Below, piece by piece: positions 9,805 to 20,423 of a DNA stretch of 64,000 nucleotides. Where the stretch lies: positions 1 through 64,000 of IMG/VR virus record IMGVR_UViG_3300045256_000294. One strand, written 5' to 3'. Under the pieces are notes generated by a model, which saw only the letters and a program-made list of their open reading frames with translations, searched no databases and was not told the origin of the DNA. Both the position numbers and the translations under genes were made by a program. This DNA comes from a virus. Numbering within the stretch: the first letter of the stretch is position 1; every line of letters begins with the position of its first letter.

Positions 9805-10477
9805 AATAACACCCGGCGTTAAGAGCTCTGACTGAGATCGCGTCACGTGCCGCGTAGGTTTCGACGTTATGTACTGTCGGCGCGTTGTTAATGCCCTGCA
9901 ACTGCTCACCGACAACAATTTCCCCAAATTCACGCCATTTAGCACCTGGCACGGCCAGTACATGGTTGGTGGTTCCATCAACCACACCGTTGTCATAATA
10001 GATTCTAACTTTAGGTAGATCGCGGTCCACAACACGATTAACTATTTTTAATTTGCGATTACCATAGGGCGTTTTAGCTTTCCATTCAGCTTTCCACTCA
10101 CCAAGCGGTTGCAACTTACCATCTTTATCCAAGATATGAAAATTAGGGGCTAAGCAGAAGAGGAATGACTCGGCACCGAACACGTCGTCAATGCGGGTGG
10201 TCACCGGGTCCCAATTAACCTGCTGGACCCAATAAGCATCCTTGGGCAGCGGATAAGTAGACTTGAGGGGCTGAGTCCAGAACACCCCCAGCTTCTGCTC
10301 CCGCGGGAAATATTGTGCGATGAAGTCGCCGGCTACTCGCCACACAGTCTCCCACTGGTCCTCCTTGAGTTCTACGTCCACGGTCGGGTAGCCGAGTTTG
10401 GACAGGACATACTTCTTCATGGGCTCGGAACGAACCTTCATGATGCTCGGCAAGTCAGCCGGACCCATGATCGCCAT
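9767..10477 (-). CDS. N-terminal half of gp13-like neck protein fused to a Hint domain
   Basis: KKYVLSKLGYPTVDVELKEDQ (gp13-like N-terminus), then CLAPNFHILDKDG...TTNH...GEPVLIH*. Confidence 0.85.
   Translation of the reverse strand: MAIMGPADLPSIMKVRSEPMKKYVLSKLGYPTVDVELKEDQWETVWRVAGDFIAQYFPREQKLGVFWTQPLKSTYPLPKDAYWVQQVNWDPVTTRIDDVFGAESFLFCLAPNFHILDKDGKLQPLGEWKAEWKAKTPYGNRKLKIVNRVVDRDLPKVRIYYDNGVVDGTTNHVLAVPGAKWREFGEIVVGEQLQGINNAPTVHNVETYAARDAISVRALNAGCYYGCTEGEPVLIH
9770..10156 (-). mobile_element. Hint/intein-like domain (129 aa) ending in His-stop
   Basis: Cys1 block A, TxxH block B (TTNH), W...GEI.VGE.L, C-terminal VLIH lacking Asn. Confidence 0.8.
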
Positions 10478-10501
10478 GTGCCGTTCCTCCCTACACCCGC
10501 A

Positions 10502-11041
10502 TTACGATTGCGGGAAATGGTAACCCTTGTCGCCGTAAATAACGCCAGCGTAGTCGAGCCGGAACACCTCGTAGACGGCACCATCCGGTAACCCAGAAGC
10601 CAGGGCTGCCTCGATCGCCGTCTTCAGAGCCCGAACTTCAGTATTGATCGTCGAGGTCGGACCAGCGGTGTTGGAGTGAGCCACCGACCCCTCATAGATC
10701 TCACCGCCAGAAAAACGCTTGATCTCAGCATGGGTCGGTGTGTTGTTGCCGGACACTTCATAAAAGCCGGTCAGCATCAGTTGGGCCGGAGCGGCACCGA
10801 TCTGAGGCTTGCAAGCGGCGGCGTTGGCGAAACCGCCTAACCCGCCCCTCCGGTTGTAGTCGCCCATGCTTTGAGTAACACTGCCGCCCGGAGTAGCCGC
10901 CTGAACGCCAGAGATGTTGGTGATGACCTCATAAGCCAGTACCGCCAGCTTCTGGAGGTCACGGATGTACTCGAACCGCTTTCCGTTCGCCCGGTCGGGG
11001 ACGACACGAATGTGGACGGTGAATGGAACTTGCTTCGACAT
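10502..11041 (-). CDS. hypothetical (probable virion) protein
   Basis: ATG with GGAGG SD; structural operon context. Confidence 0.7.
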   Translation of the reverse strand: MSKQVPFTVHIRVVPDRANGKRFEYIRDLQKLAVLAYEVITNISGVQAATPGGSVTQSMGDYNRRGGLGGFANAAACKPQIGAAPAQLMLTGFYEVSGNNTPTHAEIKRFSGGEIYEGSVAHSNTAGPTSTINTEVRALKTAIEAALASGLPDGAVYEVFRLDYAGVIYGDKGYHFPQS

Positions 11042-11063
11042 TGGTAACCTCCCTAGTAACTTT

Positions 11064-11492
11064 TCAGGACACAGGAATCTCGTCGTGCGGCAGATACTGG
11101 ATTGGGTAGCGAATGCCCTCACCGTCGAACATTCCCTCGTGCACCGCCAGCGACGACTCGAACAGGAAGGTCACCCGATGGTCGTCGGGTTCCTTAGTCC
11201 GCCAGCCGACAATGTGGATCACCTCCACCTTGCCGTACCCCGATCGCATGGCGGTCCGCCGCCGGTAAATCGGGTACTGACCCTTCTCATATTCCACTTC
11301 AACCAGTTTCCGGCCATCCTTGTGATAGAGAGCCAGAGTTTTTAGCTTAGAGTAGTCGATCTCCTGGCTGTTGTGCTCCCGCCCATCTTCATACTGGTTG
11401 AACCTGCTACCATCCTGGAGAGTGGCTACCCAGAAAACAGTAGCACCATCGTTGATGGCGGTAGCGTGGCTGAGAGAGTCGAGATCGGTCAT
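11064..11492 (-). CDS. hypothetical protein
   Basis: 142-aa ORF coupled to the upstream gene. Confidence 0.7.
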   Translation of the reverse strand: MTDLDSLSHATAINDGATVFWVATLQDGSRFNQYEDGREHNSQEIDYSKLKTLALYHKDGRKLVEVEYEKGQYPIYRRRTAMRSGYGKVEVIHIVGWRTKEPDDHRVTFLFESSLAVHEGMFDGEGIRYPIQYLPHDEIPVS

Positions 11493-11785
11493 AGGACTAG
11501 CTCATCGAGTTCGGTGAAGGATTCCTTCTCAGCGCGGCTATTTAGCAGAGCCCTGAACTCCTCTTCATTGAGGACATTCGCCGGGTGTGCCCACACACAA
11601 AAGCCCTTCTTGCCGCGGCCGTCGAGATCCAGGTGAGCGAGATCCTTGGGAAGTTCGACATCGAACTCCAGCCCCAGAATCTTGCCCGGCTCAGTGGTGA
11701 TACACACCAGGGTACCCAGGAGCGGCTGGGGCATCTGGCGAGCCTTGTACCACAGCTTGTCGCCCTTCTTGAATTGCTTCGGCAT
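11489..11785 (-). CDS. small SH3-like hypothetical protein
   Basis: FKKGDK, GLEFD, DLDGRGKKGFCVW pattern. Confidence 0.65.
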   Translation of the reverse strand: MPKQFKKGDKLWYKARQMPQPLLGTLVCITTEPGKILGLEFDVELPKDLAHLDLDGRGKKGFCVWAHPANVLNEEEFRALLNSRAEKESFTELDELVL

Positions 11786-11787
11786 GT

Positions 11788-12333
11788 TTATGTCTCGTCG
11801 TAGAGCCAGGTGAAGGTTTCGGTCCCGGTGACCCCCGGCACAGCCGTCGAGTCCACTTCTAACTGATAGACGACGAAATCGCCGAAATCGCCGGTGGACG
11901 GGTTCGAAAGCGACCCCGACACCGACAACGGCGAGCCGACGACGTAGGTGAAGGCGTTGACCGGTGCTCCGGCTAGGGTGGGGTAGTTGCCGGTGGTCAA
12001 CTGGATGCCGCTGATTCCGGCGGTCCCCGTCGCCTGGACGTAGCTGGTGGCCGTTTGGACTTTGCAGGTGACGCCGGTACCGAAGGTGTTCGACCCGTCA
12101 GTGTACCAGCGGATGTTGTTGAGTGTTCCCAGGGGGGTGACTGTACACTCCAGCCGGCAGACCACCCAATAGCTATAGTTGATACCTGATGTGGGGATAC
12201 GAATCGGGTCGGACGACCCGGTTGCGGAACTTTGGTGGGTGTCGGTGGCGTTGGCTACGGTGTTCGCACCGGTGATGTTGGTCTTTGTGGGACCGGACCC
12301 GGTATACCTATTGATTTTGACCGTTGCTGGCAT
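11788..12333 (-). CDS. Thr/Gly/Ser-rich virion structural protein
   Basis: Beta-rich composition, C-terminal ETFTWLYDET, GGGGGAG SD. Confidence 0.7.
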   Translation of the reverse strand: MPATVKINRYTGSGPTKTNITGANTVANATDTHQSSATGSSDPIRIPTSGINYSYWVVCRLECTVTPLGTLNNIRWYTDGSNTFGTGVTCKVQTATSYVQATGTAGISGIQLTTGNYPTLAGAPVNAFTYVVGSPLSVSGSLSNPSTGDFGDFVVYQLEVDSTAVPGVTGTETFTWLYDET

Positions 12334-12384
12334 TTTAGCTCCCCCACAGTTATAGTAGATTTGGACGTGAGGAGCTGTCCGAAT

Positions 12385-12480
12385 AAGACTGGCCCGCCAC
12401 TCATTCGGGTGGCGGGCCAGTCTTGAAAGCCCTTCGAAGTGAGCATGCTCCCCACGAGGGGGGAGCAGAGGCCCGAAGGG
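12385..12480. terminator. tandem stem-loops (terminator or structured RNA)
   Basis: Perfect 16-bp stem 12385-12400/12409-12424, plus a second nested stem 12430-12480. Confidence 0.6.
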
Positions 12481-12483
12481 GAA

Positions 12484-12885
12484 TTACGGCTGGTCCGCGG
12501 TGAGGTCGCGGGCGTCGTCGTGCAGGTCGCCGCCCAGCCCCACGATGGTGTTCTTGATGAACCGGTCTTGACCGATCTGGAACGCGAAGTCCACGTCCGG
12601 CAGTTGGGTCTGGGCGGTCGCGAAGGACACCTGCTTGTTGAGGCCGATGACGATCGGGAAGCCGCGGGTGGCGTTGTGCCGGGCCTCGCCCATGTACGGG
12701 CTGAAGTCGGCGGTCGTGGTGTCGCGGGACACGACACCAACGCGGATCTCATGGCCGGGGATGCTCATCACCAGCGGACGCAGCCGCTTGATGAGAGCCG
12801 CCACGCTATCGAACAACAGCGGCTGACGCTGAGCCCGGATCGTGCGGTAGATCTTGATGTCGGTGTTGGCCGGTTGAGCAGACAT
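12484..12885 (-). CDS. hypothetical, probably highly expressed virion protein
   Basis: AGGAG SD, strong GC3 codon bias, followed by hairpins. Confidence 0.75.
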   Translation of the reverse strand: MSAQPANTDIKIYRTIRAQRQPLLFDSVAALIKRLRPLVMSIPGHEIRVGVVSRDTTTADFSPYMGEARHNATRGFPIVIGLNKQVSFATAQTQLPDVDFAFQIGQDRFIKNTIVGLGGDLHDDARDLTADQP

Positions 12886-13003
12886 TGCATGTCTCCTGTG
12901 TCGGGTGCCTCCGCCTATTTCAATCGGCGGTCTATAGATATGTTACCCATCAGGCAAAACTCTACTGGTCTTATTTCCATGAGTAACGCTTGAGTGTACC
13001 GAC

Positions 13004-14410
<1,407 letters not shown>

Positions 14411-14439
14411 GTTCTCCTCTAGCGTGTAAGTATACCCAG

Positions 14440-15006
14440 ATGCCCTACGTACCGGACAAAGATAGTCGTATGAAGCTATCCACCATCGCTGAAGCCGGTC
14501 TAAAGAGCAAGACCGCTATCCGTGACACCGCGGAGGCGATCGGCAACCTCATCGACTTCGTGTATAAGAAGGGTGCCCCTGAGCACAAGTCAGCCCTAGA
14601 CAACTTCCTGAGCAACCCAGACCCCAAAGGGTGGGAACAAACAAAATGGATAGTTGATGCTGCCATACAGATGGCAACCAAAGATCCAGACGCTCGCGGC
14701 AACCTCAAAGTCTGGGGACAACTCAAAACGATGACCTCTCCGGTGGTGGCCGCCGCCGTCTACGACATCGACCCACGCCAAGCCAGGGGCACACCACTCC
14801 AGGGCCTCGTCTTCGGGAAAGGAATCCGAGACAAGTACAAACTAGCCCTCGGCCCGCAAGGGTACGTCGGAACAATGGCTAACGTTGGCGAAATCGGTAC
14901 CAACAAGCTCCGTGATATGCTGAAAACCATATCCAAGAGCGGGAACGCCATCGCCAAGGCCGCTGAGAAGGATATACCCATCGTCCGCCCTGTGCGGGAA
15001 TTCTAA
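14440..15006 (+). CDS. hypothetical protein (alternative start 14470, MKLSTIAE)
   Basis: 188-aa ORF, translationally coupled to the next gene. Confidence 0.7.
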   Translation: MPYVPDKDSRMKLSTIAEAGLKSKTAIRDTAEAIGNLIDFVYKKGAPEHKSALDNFLSNPDPKGWEQTKWIVDAAIQMATKDPDARGNLKVWGQLKTMTSPVVAAAVYDIDPRQARGTPLQGLVFGKGIRDKYKLALGPQGYVGTMANVGEIGTNKLRDMLKTISKSGNAIAKAAEKDIPIVRPVREF

Positions 15007-15383
15007 TGCGACTACGACAAATCATAGAAAGTGTGACAATCACACCGAGCCAGGGCGACGGTTTCAAGATTACGACCCCGTTCGGCTACATCGAATTCCG
15101 GCCCCGTCCCGAAGACGACACCAACGAGATCTGGTGGGTGGAGAGCCATCGGAAAGGGCACGGCTCAGAACTGGTTGACCTGATGCAGAAGTACTCCCCA
15201 GCGAGTAATATAGCTTGGGGAGCTACCAGTGCGGCAGGTGAAAGGCTTCGACAGAAATGGCACGCCGCCCACCCGGAGGTCAGCGGCGGCGAGGGCAGGT
15301 CTTATCCACACGAAGGGCAGTTCGATCCGTTCCAACACGATGAAGAAGAGGACGAAGACGACTGGATGGATGAAGAGATCTAG
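15006..15383 (+). CDS. GNAT-like hypothetical protein with acidic tail
   Basis: IWWVESHRKGHGSELV and ATSAAG resemble acetyl-CoA binding motifs. Confidence 0.55.
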   Translation: MRLRQIIESVTITPSQGDGFKITTPFGYIEFRPRPEDDTNEIWWVESHRKGHGSELVDLMQKYSPASNIAWGATSAAGERLRQKWHAAHPEVSGGEGRSYPHEGQFDPFQHDEEEDEDDWMDEEI

Positions 15384-16705
15384 AAGCCCTTCATATACTG
15401 GCCATCCACCACCTTCTCACCCTTGTACCACACCGTAGTCACCATCCCCGGCAAATTGCGGAGGTCAAACGGGCTCCACTGGCACTTGGTATACAGCGGA
15501 CGCCCCTCTATCGCCGTCTTAGACAGATCGAGAACGGTGATACTAGCCTCGTAACCGGGCACGATTCGACCGATCTTCCGGTCCGGCCAGAAACGGTTAA
15601 CCCACTCGCCGGGCCGCTTGCAGGCCATATTGAACAGAGTGGTGACCGGCACACCCTGAGCCAGAAGCCATGCCACGAACGGCCCGTAGGTGTCGAGCAT
15701 TGGAACCCCGCTGGTTCCCTTAAGCTTCTCTTCCTTGGTGTGCGGAGCGTGATCCGCGGCAAGGTAGTCGAACTTCCCCTCCTTGACGGCTTGTAGCAGA
15801 GCTTCCCGGTCCTTACGGGGGCGGATCGGCGGGTCTATCTGCAACCACCGACGATTCTCGTCAGTGAGCATGTCAGTGTCGAAGTACAGATGGTGAGGGG
15901 TGACCTCGCACTCGACGTCCACTCCATCCTTCTTGTAACCCATGATCGTCTCGATACCGATGCCGGTGGAGACGTGGCAGATCTTACCACGAAGGCCCAA
16001 TTCCTGGATGAGTTCGCAGGTGGTGTCGATGCAGATGAACTCAGCTTCCGGCGGGCGGCGGGTTTCGTGGGTTGGCTGTTTGGTCATCACCCCCAGCAGT
16101 ACCGGGTCTTCGCAGTGAAAGCTAACACTGCGACCAGTGTACCGTTTGAGAGCCTGCCGGAGCTTATGATGGCTGTCAAAGTTGAGGTCACCTGAGTAAT
16201 TGGTGCTGGGTCCAATGAACGCCTTGTACGGCGTGTCGGTCTGCCGGATTTTCTCCAGGTCCGCGGGCTTCATACCACCGTCGAACGGCTCGGAATCCTG
16301 ATTCACTGCCGCATAGAGCAGCACATCGATAGGACAGCGACTCTCGGCGATCCACCGCTTCTGGCGGTAGAGGTTGGCGTTGAAGGGTGCGATGGGGTTG
16401 TTGGGCATGTCGGCCACACAGACGACACCGCCGGATAGGGCAGCTTGTCCCGCCGTCTTGTAGTCTTCTTTGTGGGTGTCACTGCCGCTGGCGTCCTCGC
16501 GGCAGTGAGTGTGAATGTCGATAAAGCCGGGGAAGATCAGGCAATCGTTCCCGAAAGTCTCCGGTTTCCAGATCGCCAGTACATCCTCGACGATCTGCTG
16601 GTCGGTCAGCGGTTCTGCCTGTGTGATGATCCCGTTCTCGATGGTGATGATCCGCTTCTTGACACCATCGGCTTCGACCACATTACCATAAATCCGTTGT
16701 GACAT
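15380..16705 (-). CDS. pyrC: dihydroorotase (amidohydrolase family)
   Basis: PGFIDIHTHCRE, ADMPN, FHCED, ICHVST, EVTPHHL, DHAPHT motifs. Confidence 0.9.
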   Translation of the reverse strand: MSQRIYGNVVEADGVKKRIITIENGIITQAEPLTDQQIVEDVLAIWKPETFGNDCLIFPGFIDIHTHCREDASGSDTHKEDYKTAGQAALSGGVVCVADMPNNPIAPFNANLYRQKRWIAESRCPIDVLLYAAVNQDSEPFDGGMKPADLEKIRQTDTPYKAFIGPSTNYSGDLNFDSHHKLRQALKRYTGRSVSFHCEDPVLLGVMTKQPTHETRRPPEAEFICIDTTCELIQELGLRGKICHVSTGIGIETIMGYKKDGVDVECEVTPHHLYFDTDMLTDENRRWLQIDPPIRPRKDREALLQAVKEGKFDYLAADHAPHTKEEKLKGTSGVPMLDTYGPFVAWLLAQGVPVTTLFNMACKRPGEWVNRFWPDRKIGRIVPGYEASITVLDLSKTAIEGRPLYTKCQWSPFDLRNLPGMVTTVWYKGEKVVDGQYMKGF

Positions 16706-17454
16706 CACTCTGTCCTCAGTGTGGGTGGGAGTCTGTCGGGAGGGATCGAGGGCAGACGAGCAAAAACGATTTGAGCGAATTTCAAGCAATCCTCAATCGT
16801 AGCCACCCACGGCATCAACTTCTTCTGATTCAGTAGTTGTTCCCAAGTCTTCACGACAGCCAGCATGTTAGCCCCACCCGGCTCCTTCTGCCGCCGGCTC
16901 AATACAAGCTCATGAAGATGTTGGATCGTGGGATTAAAGCCAGCCAAAGCGATTTGGACCTCGGCGGGAGACGGCTTTAGTTCAGCCAGCACGACAGCCC
17001 GGCACGCCTCGGCAAACACTTTGATGGCTACCGGGTCATAGTCTACCACTGGTTGTGGAGTCTTAGTCAGGCCCAAGACATGGATCAGATTCCTATAGAA
17101 CTTGTAGTATGACTCCGGCTCTTCCTGAGCCTGGATGTCCTCAACATCATACACCGCCTTAAACCAATCCAGCACACTAAGCATGTCGTCATAATGCTCC
17201 GTGATTATAGGAGTGGTCATAAGCAAGCATGCCGGGTCTTCATCCGGCAGTGGAGCGAAGTGGTACACATCAGCGACCACGACCCCCACTTGGCCGTACT
17301 TCGGCACCTGTAGTAGTACCCGGTCGCCCTTGTGCGGTGAGACTGAATAATTGAGTAAAGCAGTGAAGCTGCAGGCCGGACCGGATGGTCCGGCCTGCAA
17401 TACCATTCGAGTTGGTAGGTTCACGCCTTGGTAGGCTCCGGAGCCTTCTTGCAT
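16705..17454 (-). CDS. hypothetical protein
   Basis: 249-aa ORF coupled to pyrC. Confidence 0.7.
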   Translation of the reverse strand: MQEGSGAYQGVNLPTRMVLQAGPSGPACSFTALLNYSVSPHKGDRVLLQVPKYGQVGVVVADVYHFAPLPDEDPACLLMTTPIITEHYDDMLSVLDWFKAVYDVEDIQAQEEPESYYKFYRNLIHVLGLTKTPQPVVDYDPVAIKVFAEACRAVVLAELKPSPAEVQIALAGFNPTIQHLHELVLSRRQKEPGGANMLAVVKTWEQLLNQKKLMPWVATIEDCLKFAQIVFARLPSIPPDRLPPTLRTE

Positions 17455-17537
17455 TCCTTACACACCGCCGGATGTGACATAAAAATCGCCCCCAGAGCCA
17501 ACCGAGAGGGACCGGCGAAAGAGAGCCTGGAAAGGTT

Positions 17538-18218
17538 CTAGGTCTTGGCTCTGTACTTTATTGAAGCAGCCAATTTCGTTTTGTCGGCTGCGTCCCAGAT
17601 CGCTTTCTTGCGACTCAGAAAAATAGTACCTTCAGCATACATCCATTCGCACAACAGTTTGGTGTCATATTGGCCGAGAATCAATTTCTGATGGTGCTTG
17701 CCGGTAATTTTCCTACGACTTACACCCACTTCTGCGACTAAGAGATTTTGCAAATTATGCAAAAACTGGCCCGTACCCTTGCCGGCTGTAAAAGACGACT
17801 GCAGCCACGCTGACCGATTACCGTGTCTATTCGTGCTGTTCACCCAATAAATAGAACCATCACCATCGAAGAATCCGCGAACAAAATGCGGGAGCAATGA
17901 CGTTGGTATGTCAGGCAGTCTCGGCTCTGCTTTGCTCTTATGGGTGACGCCAGCCAGCTCTAGACAACGATCGTATAAGTGCTCCGACCAAAGTTCTGTC
18001 TGATAGTAAAGACCACCGGCAATGTGTCTGATGTTGAGCAACGTTCCCCATTCGTTAGCAAACATGATGATCGCCTCTTCGTCCAGACTGCCGACGCTAA
18101 CGTATTTATATATCTTATTATTCTTATACCTGGTGAAAATGCAGCCATCGGCTAACCAAAAACCGTACAAGTAAGCAGACTTCTGGTCCCAATAGTCAAA
18201 AAGAGTGCAACGTAACAT
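17538..18218 (-). CDS. LAGLIDADG homing endonuclease
   Basis: AYLYGFWLADGCI and HFVRGFFDGDGSI motifs. Confidence 0.92.
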   Translation of the reverse strand: MLRCTLFDYWDQKSAYLYGFWLADGCIFTRYKNNKIYKYVSVGSLDEEAIIMFANEWGTLLNIRHIAGGLYYQTELWSEHLYDRCLELAGVTHKSKAEPRLPDIPTSLLPHFVRGFFDGDGSIYWVNSTNRHGNRSAWLQSSFTAGKGTGQFLHNLQNLLVAEVGVSRRKITGKHHQKLILGQYDTKLLCEWMYAEGTIFLSRKKAIWDAADKTKLAASIKYRAKT

Positions 18219-18321
18219 GGGGATTTGAACTTGGATGGTCGCCTTGCCGACCATCTAGCCAACGAATGCCGCCGAAAACCGACGGATTTATGTTGACAAA
18301 TTATGGTCGGCAAGACTACGA

Positions 18322-18395
18322 TGGCTAGCTGGGATTCGAACCCGCGTTAGGAGCCAGTTAGGCTCCTCGTTCTGGACCACTAAACTATAGCCGGA
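18322..18395 (-). tRNA. degenerate tRNA-like gene (anticodon ambiguous, possibly AAC)
   Basis: GGCTA-TAGTTTAGTGGTCCAGAAC D-arm, GGAGC/GCTCC stem, GGGTTCGAATCCC T-arm; 5-bp acceptor stem and a T-stem bulge. Confidence 0.55.
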
Positions 18396-18437
18396 GCCCA
18401 GTCAGAGACCGGACCCACTATCGCCGCTTATCTACTC

Positions 18438-18495
18438 GCGAACCCGTGTCAAGAACCCGAAGGTTCAGTGTCCTGGAACGCTAGACGATGCCGGA
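18438..18495 (-). pseudogene. truncated tRNA-Glu(TTC)-like fragment
   Basis: TCCGGCATCGTCTAG..CCAGGACA, GAACC-TTCG-GGTTC stem, ACGGGTTCG, then breaks off in the T-loop. Confidence 0.5.
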
Positions 18496-18555
18496 GAACC
18501 CCGCCGGAGCGAGGTCCCACTTCCAGTACCCTACGTACGCTCGGTAGTTAACCGC

Positions 18556-18867
18556 ATGAACGAGATCATCTTCACACGCCGATGTACCACGCCATTTCTA
18601 GCCGCTGTCCCGCCGCAGATCGAGCATTTCGACGCTCACATCTATGCGGTAGTCAAGCGGAAAAAGGGTAAGGATATCCCGGACAATAAGTACGGCACAG
18701 ACGTGCGACTAGATCCCTGCCTACTGGATTGGACGACACGCAGCATCACCGTCCACATCCCACTGAACATCAACGCGGGAATTGAATCTGTGGAGGATCT
18801 TGACCCAGCCTTCTTTGAGGCGGTCGAAGCGGCGTTTCTGGCGATAATGCAGGGGTGTCTGCCGTGA
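18556..18867 (+). CDS. hypothetical protein
   Basis: 103-aa ORF preceded by a GTAGTTA-N5-ATG motif. Confidence 0.7.
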   Translation: MNEIIFTRRCTTPFLAAVPPQIEHFDAHIYAVVKRKKGKDIPDNKYGTDVRLDPCLLDWTTRSITVHIPLNINAGIESVEDLDPAFFEAVEAAFLAIMQGCLP

Positions 18868-18872
18868 ATTGG

Positions 18873-19058
18873 TCAGGGGGCGGGTACTGACCACACTTGG
18901 TACAGCTTCCGAATGAAACGGTTGTAGGGCTTCCCATAGTAGGAATTAGACGGAGCCCACTTCTGTGTCTTCTTGTCGAAGTAAGCGTGCATCCTCACCT
19001 TCGACCATGCGGCCGGGTTGCGGAGAATAGCTCGGCGTAGGGAGTGAAGCTTTCCCAT
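18873..19058 (-). CDS. small basic hypothetical protein
   Basis: ATG with GGGAGG SD (MGKLHSLRR). Confidence 0.55.
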   Translation of the reverse strand: MGKLHSLRRAILRNPAAWSKVRMHAYFDKKTQKWAPSNSYYGKPYNRFIRKLYQVWSVPAP

Positions 19059-19881
19059 CTGTCGCCTCCCTATTCCAGCGTGTCGTGATTTTGTAATACC
19101 TGCGAGGCCGGGGACCGTACAGCGACAATTCCCCCGGCCCGAAGGCCCCACTGGACGAGTAGTGCCAGAAGCACGTCGAAAGCACCGGCTCGCCCCCGAA
19201 CTTAGCCAAATACAGGGCGATCAATCGCTCGAACATGTGTGGAGTCCAGAATCCAACATCGCGAAGTCGCAGCTTCTGGGCCATCTCGTACAACCGTGAC
19301 CCCAGCTTATCGAACAGCTTCCGCGAACACGCGAACTGGTGCGAGTAGACCAACCGCGGCTGAGTGTCCATCGCCCACTCATGGATGTCCGGGTCGTACT
19401 GCCGGATGATGTCCCACACCCGAATGCCGTGATCGAAACTGTGCAGCTTCATCGGGTCGAACTTAGGGCGATACGGGACCTCCGGCGGGATCTCCCACCC
19501 ATCCCAGAGGCCGATGGCGGACGACGGGGCCGTCAGCCCAACCGCCCGATCTGGCTTCTCCTTTAGCCACTTCGCCACTTGCTTCCAGGTATCCGCCGGC
19601 TTGAAATGTAGGTCGATGTCGGAGTGAATGATGGCGACGTTATCGTCCCCAGCTAGCTCCTGGATATGCTCCCAGAGCGTGAGGATCACCGACGTCTCGA
19701 ATAAAGACGAGTTCCACGGAGCATAAGTCGGGTGGAAATCGCCGGCCTCCGAGAAATCCACCTTATCCATCTTGGTGGTGCCGCAGGAGATCCGACGGAT
19801 GCGGGCATGCTTGGTATTGTAGGCCGTCCGCGGTAGCAGATCGACACTCTGCGGGTGGCACAACATAAAAACTTCGAGCAA
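18946..19881 (-). CDS. putative GT-A fold glycosyltransferase-like protein
   Basis: IIHSDID (DxD-like) and HMFERL motifs; lies in the glycan gene cluster. Confidence 0.5.
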   Translation of the reverse strand: MLEVFMLCHPQSVDLLPRTAYNTKHARIRRISCGTTKMDKVDFSEAGDFHPTYAPWNSSLFETSVILTLWEHIQELAGDDNVAIIHSDIDLHFKPADTWKQVAKWLKEKPDRAVGLTAPSSAIGLWDGWEIPPEVPYRPKFDPMKLHSFDHGIRVWDIIRQYDPDIHEWAMDTQPRLVYSHQFACSRKLFDKLGSRLYEMAQKLRLRDVGFWTPHMFERLIALYLAKFGGEPVLSTCFWHYSSSGAFGPGELSLYGPRPRRYYKITTRWNREATDGKASLPTPSYSPQPGRMVEGEDARLLRQEDTEVGSV

Positions 19882-19924
19882 AGTCATCTCCGAATGGCAC
19901 AACCAACCCGATCTGGAACCCGCT

Positions 19925-20423
19925 ATGATTCACAACTGCCCAGATCACGGTGATTGCGAACATAAGTACCACAGCAACGGTAAAAGGAGGCCGAAAACGC
20001 TAGCCTGCGTCTTGTGCTGCAGAGCGAAAGGGAAACTCCGCCGTCGCCGAAACATTACAGACTACACAAGCGATCCACCATAAAGGTGGAGTATGCCAGA
20101 AATGTGGTTACAACCGGTGTCTATCCGCCCTCGAATTTCACCATCGCGACCCAGCACAGAAAGAATTCGCATGGGCCAAGATGCGAATGAAATCGTGAGA
20201 GCGGATTAAGACAGAAATCAAGAAATGTGACCTACTCTATGCGAATTGTCATCGTGAAACACATTGGGACCCCACTACCGCCATTGAACACGTTGACTAC
20301 ATCAAGAACCGCAAAACAGAGTTCATGGGCGACCGCGAACTTCATGACTACAGCCACCTTTATAAGATGAGCTCTCAGTTTCTTATGGTATCTCCAGAAG
20401 CCCCTGGCGACGGTCGCTCTTGA
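19925..20423 (+). pseudogene. HNH endonuclease pseudogene
   Basis: KGGVCQKCGYNRCLSALEFHHRDP...KCDLLYANCHRE; frameshift ~20050-20080 and in-frame TGA at 20196. Confidence 0.8.

Noticed and set aside
17459-17470. TACACACCGCC resembling a conserved 16S rRNA motif
   Set aside because: Only about 11 nt with no surrounding rRNA similarity
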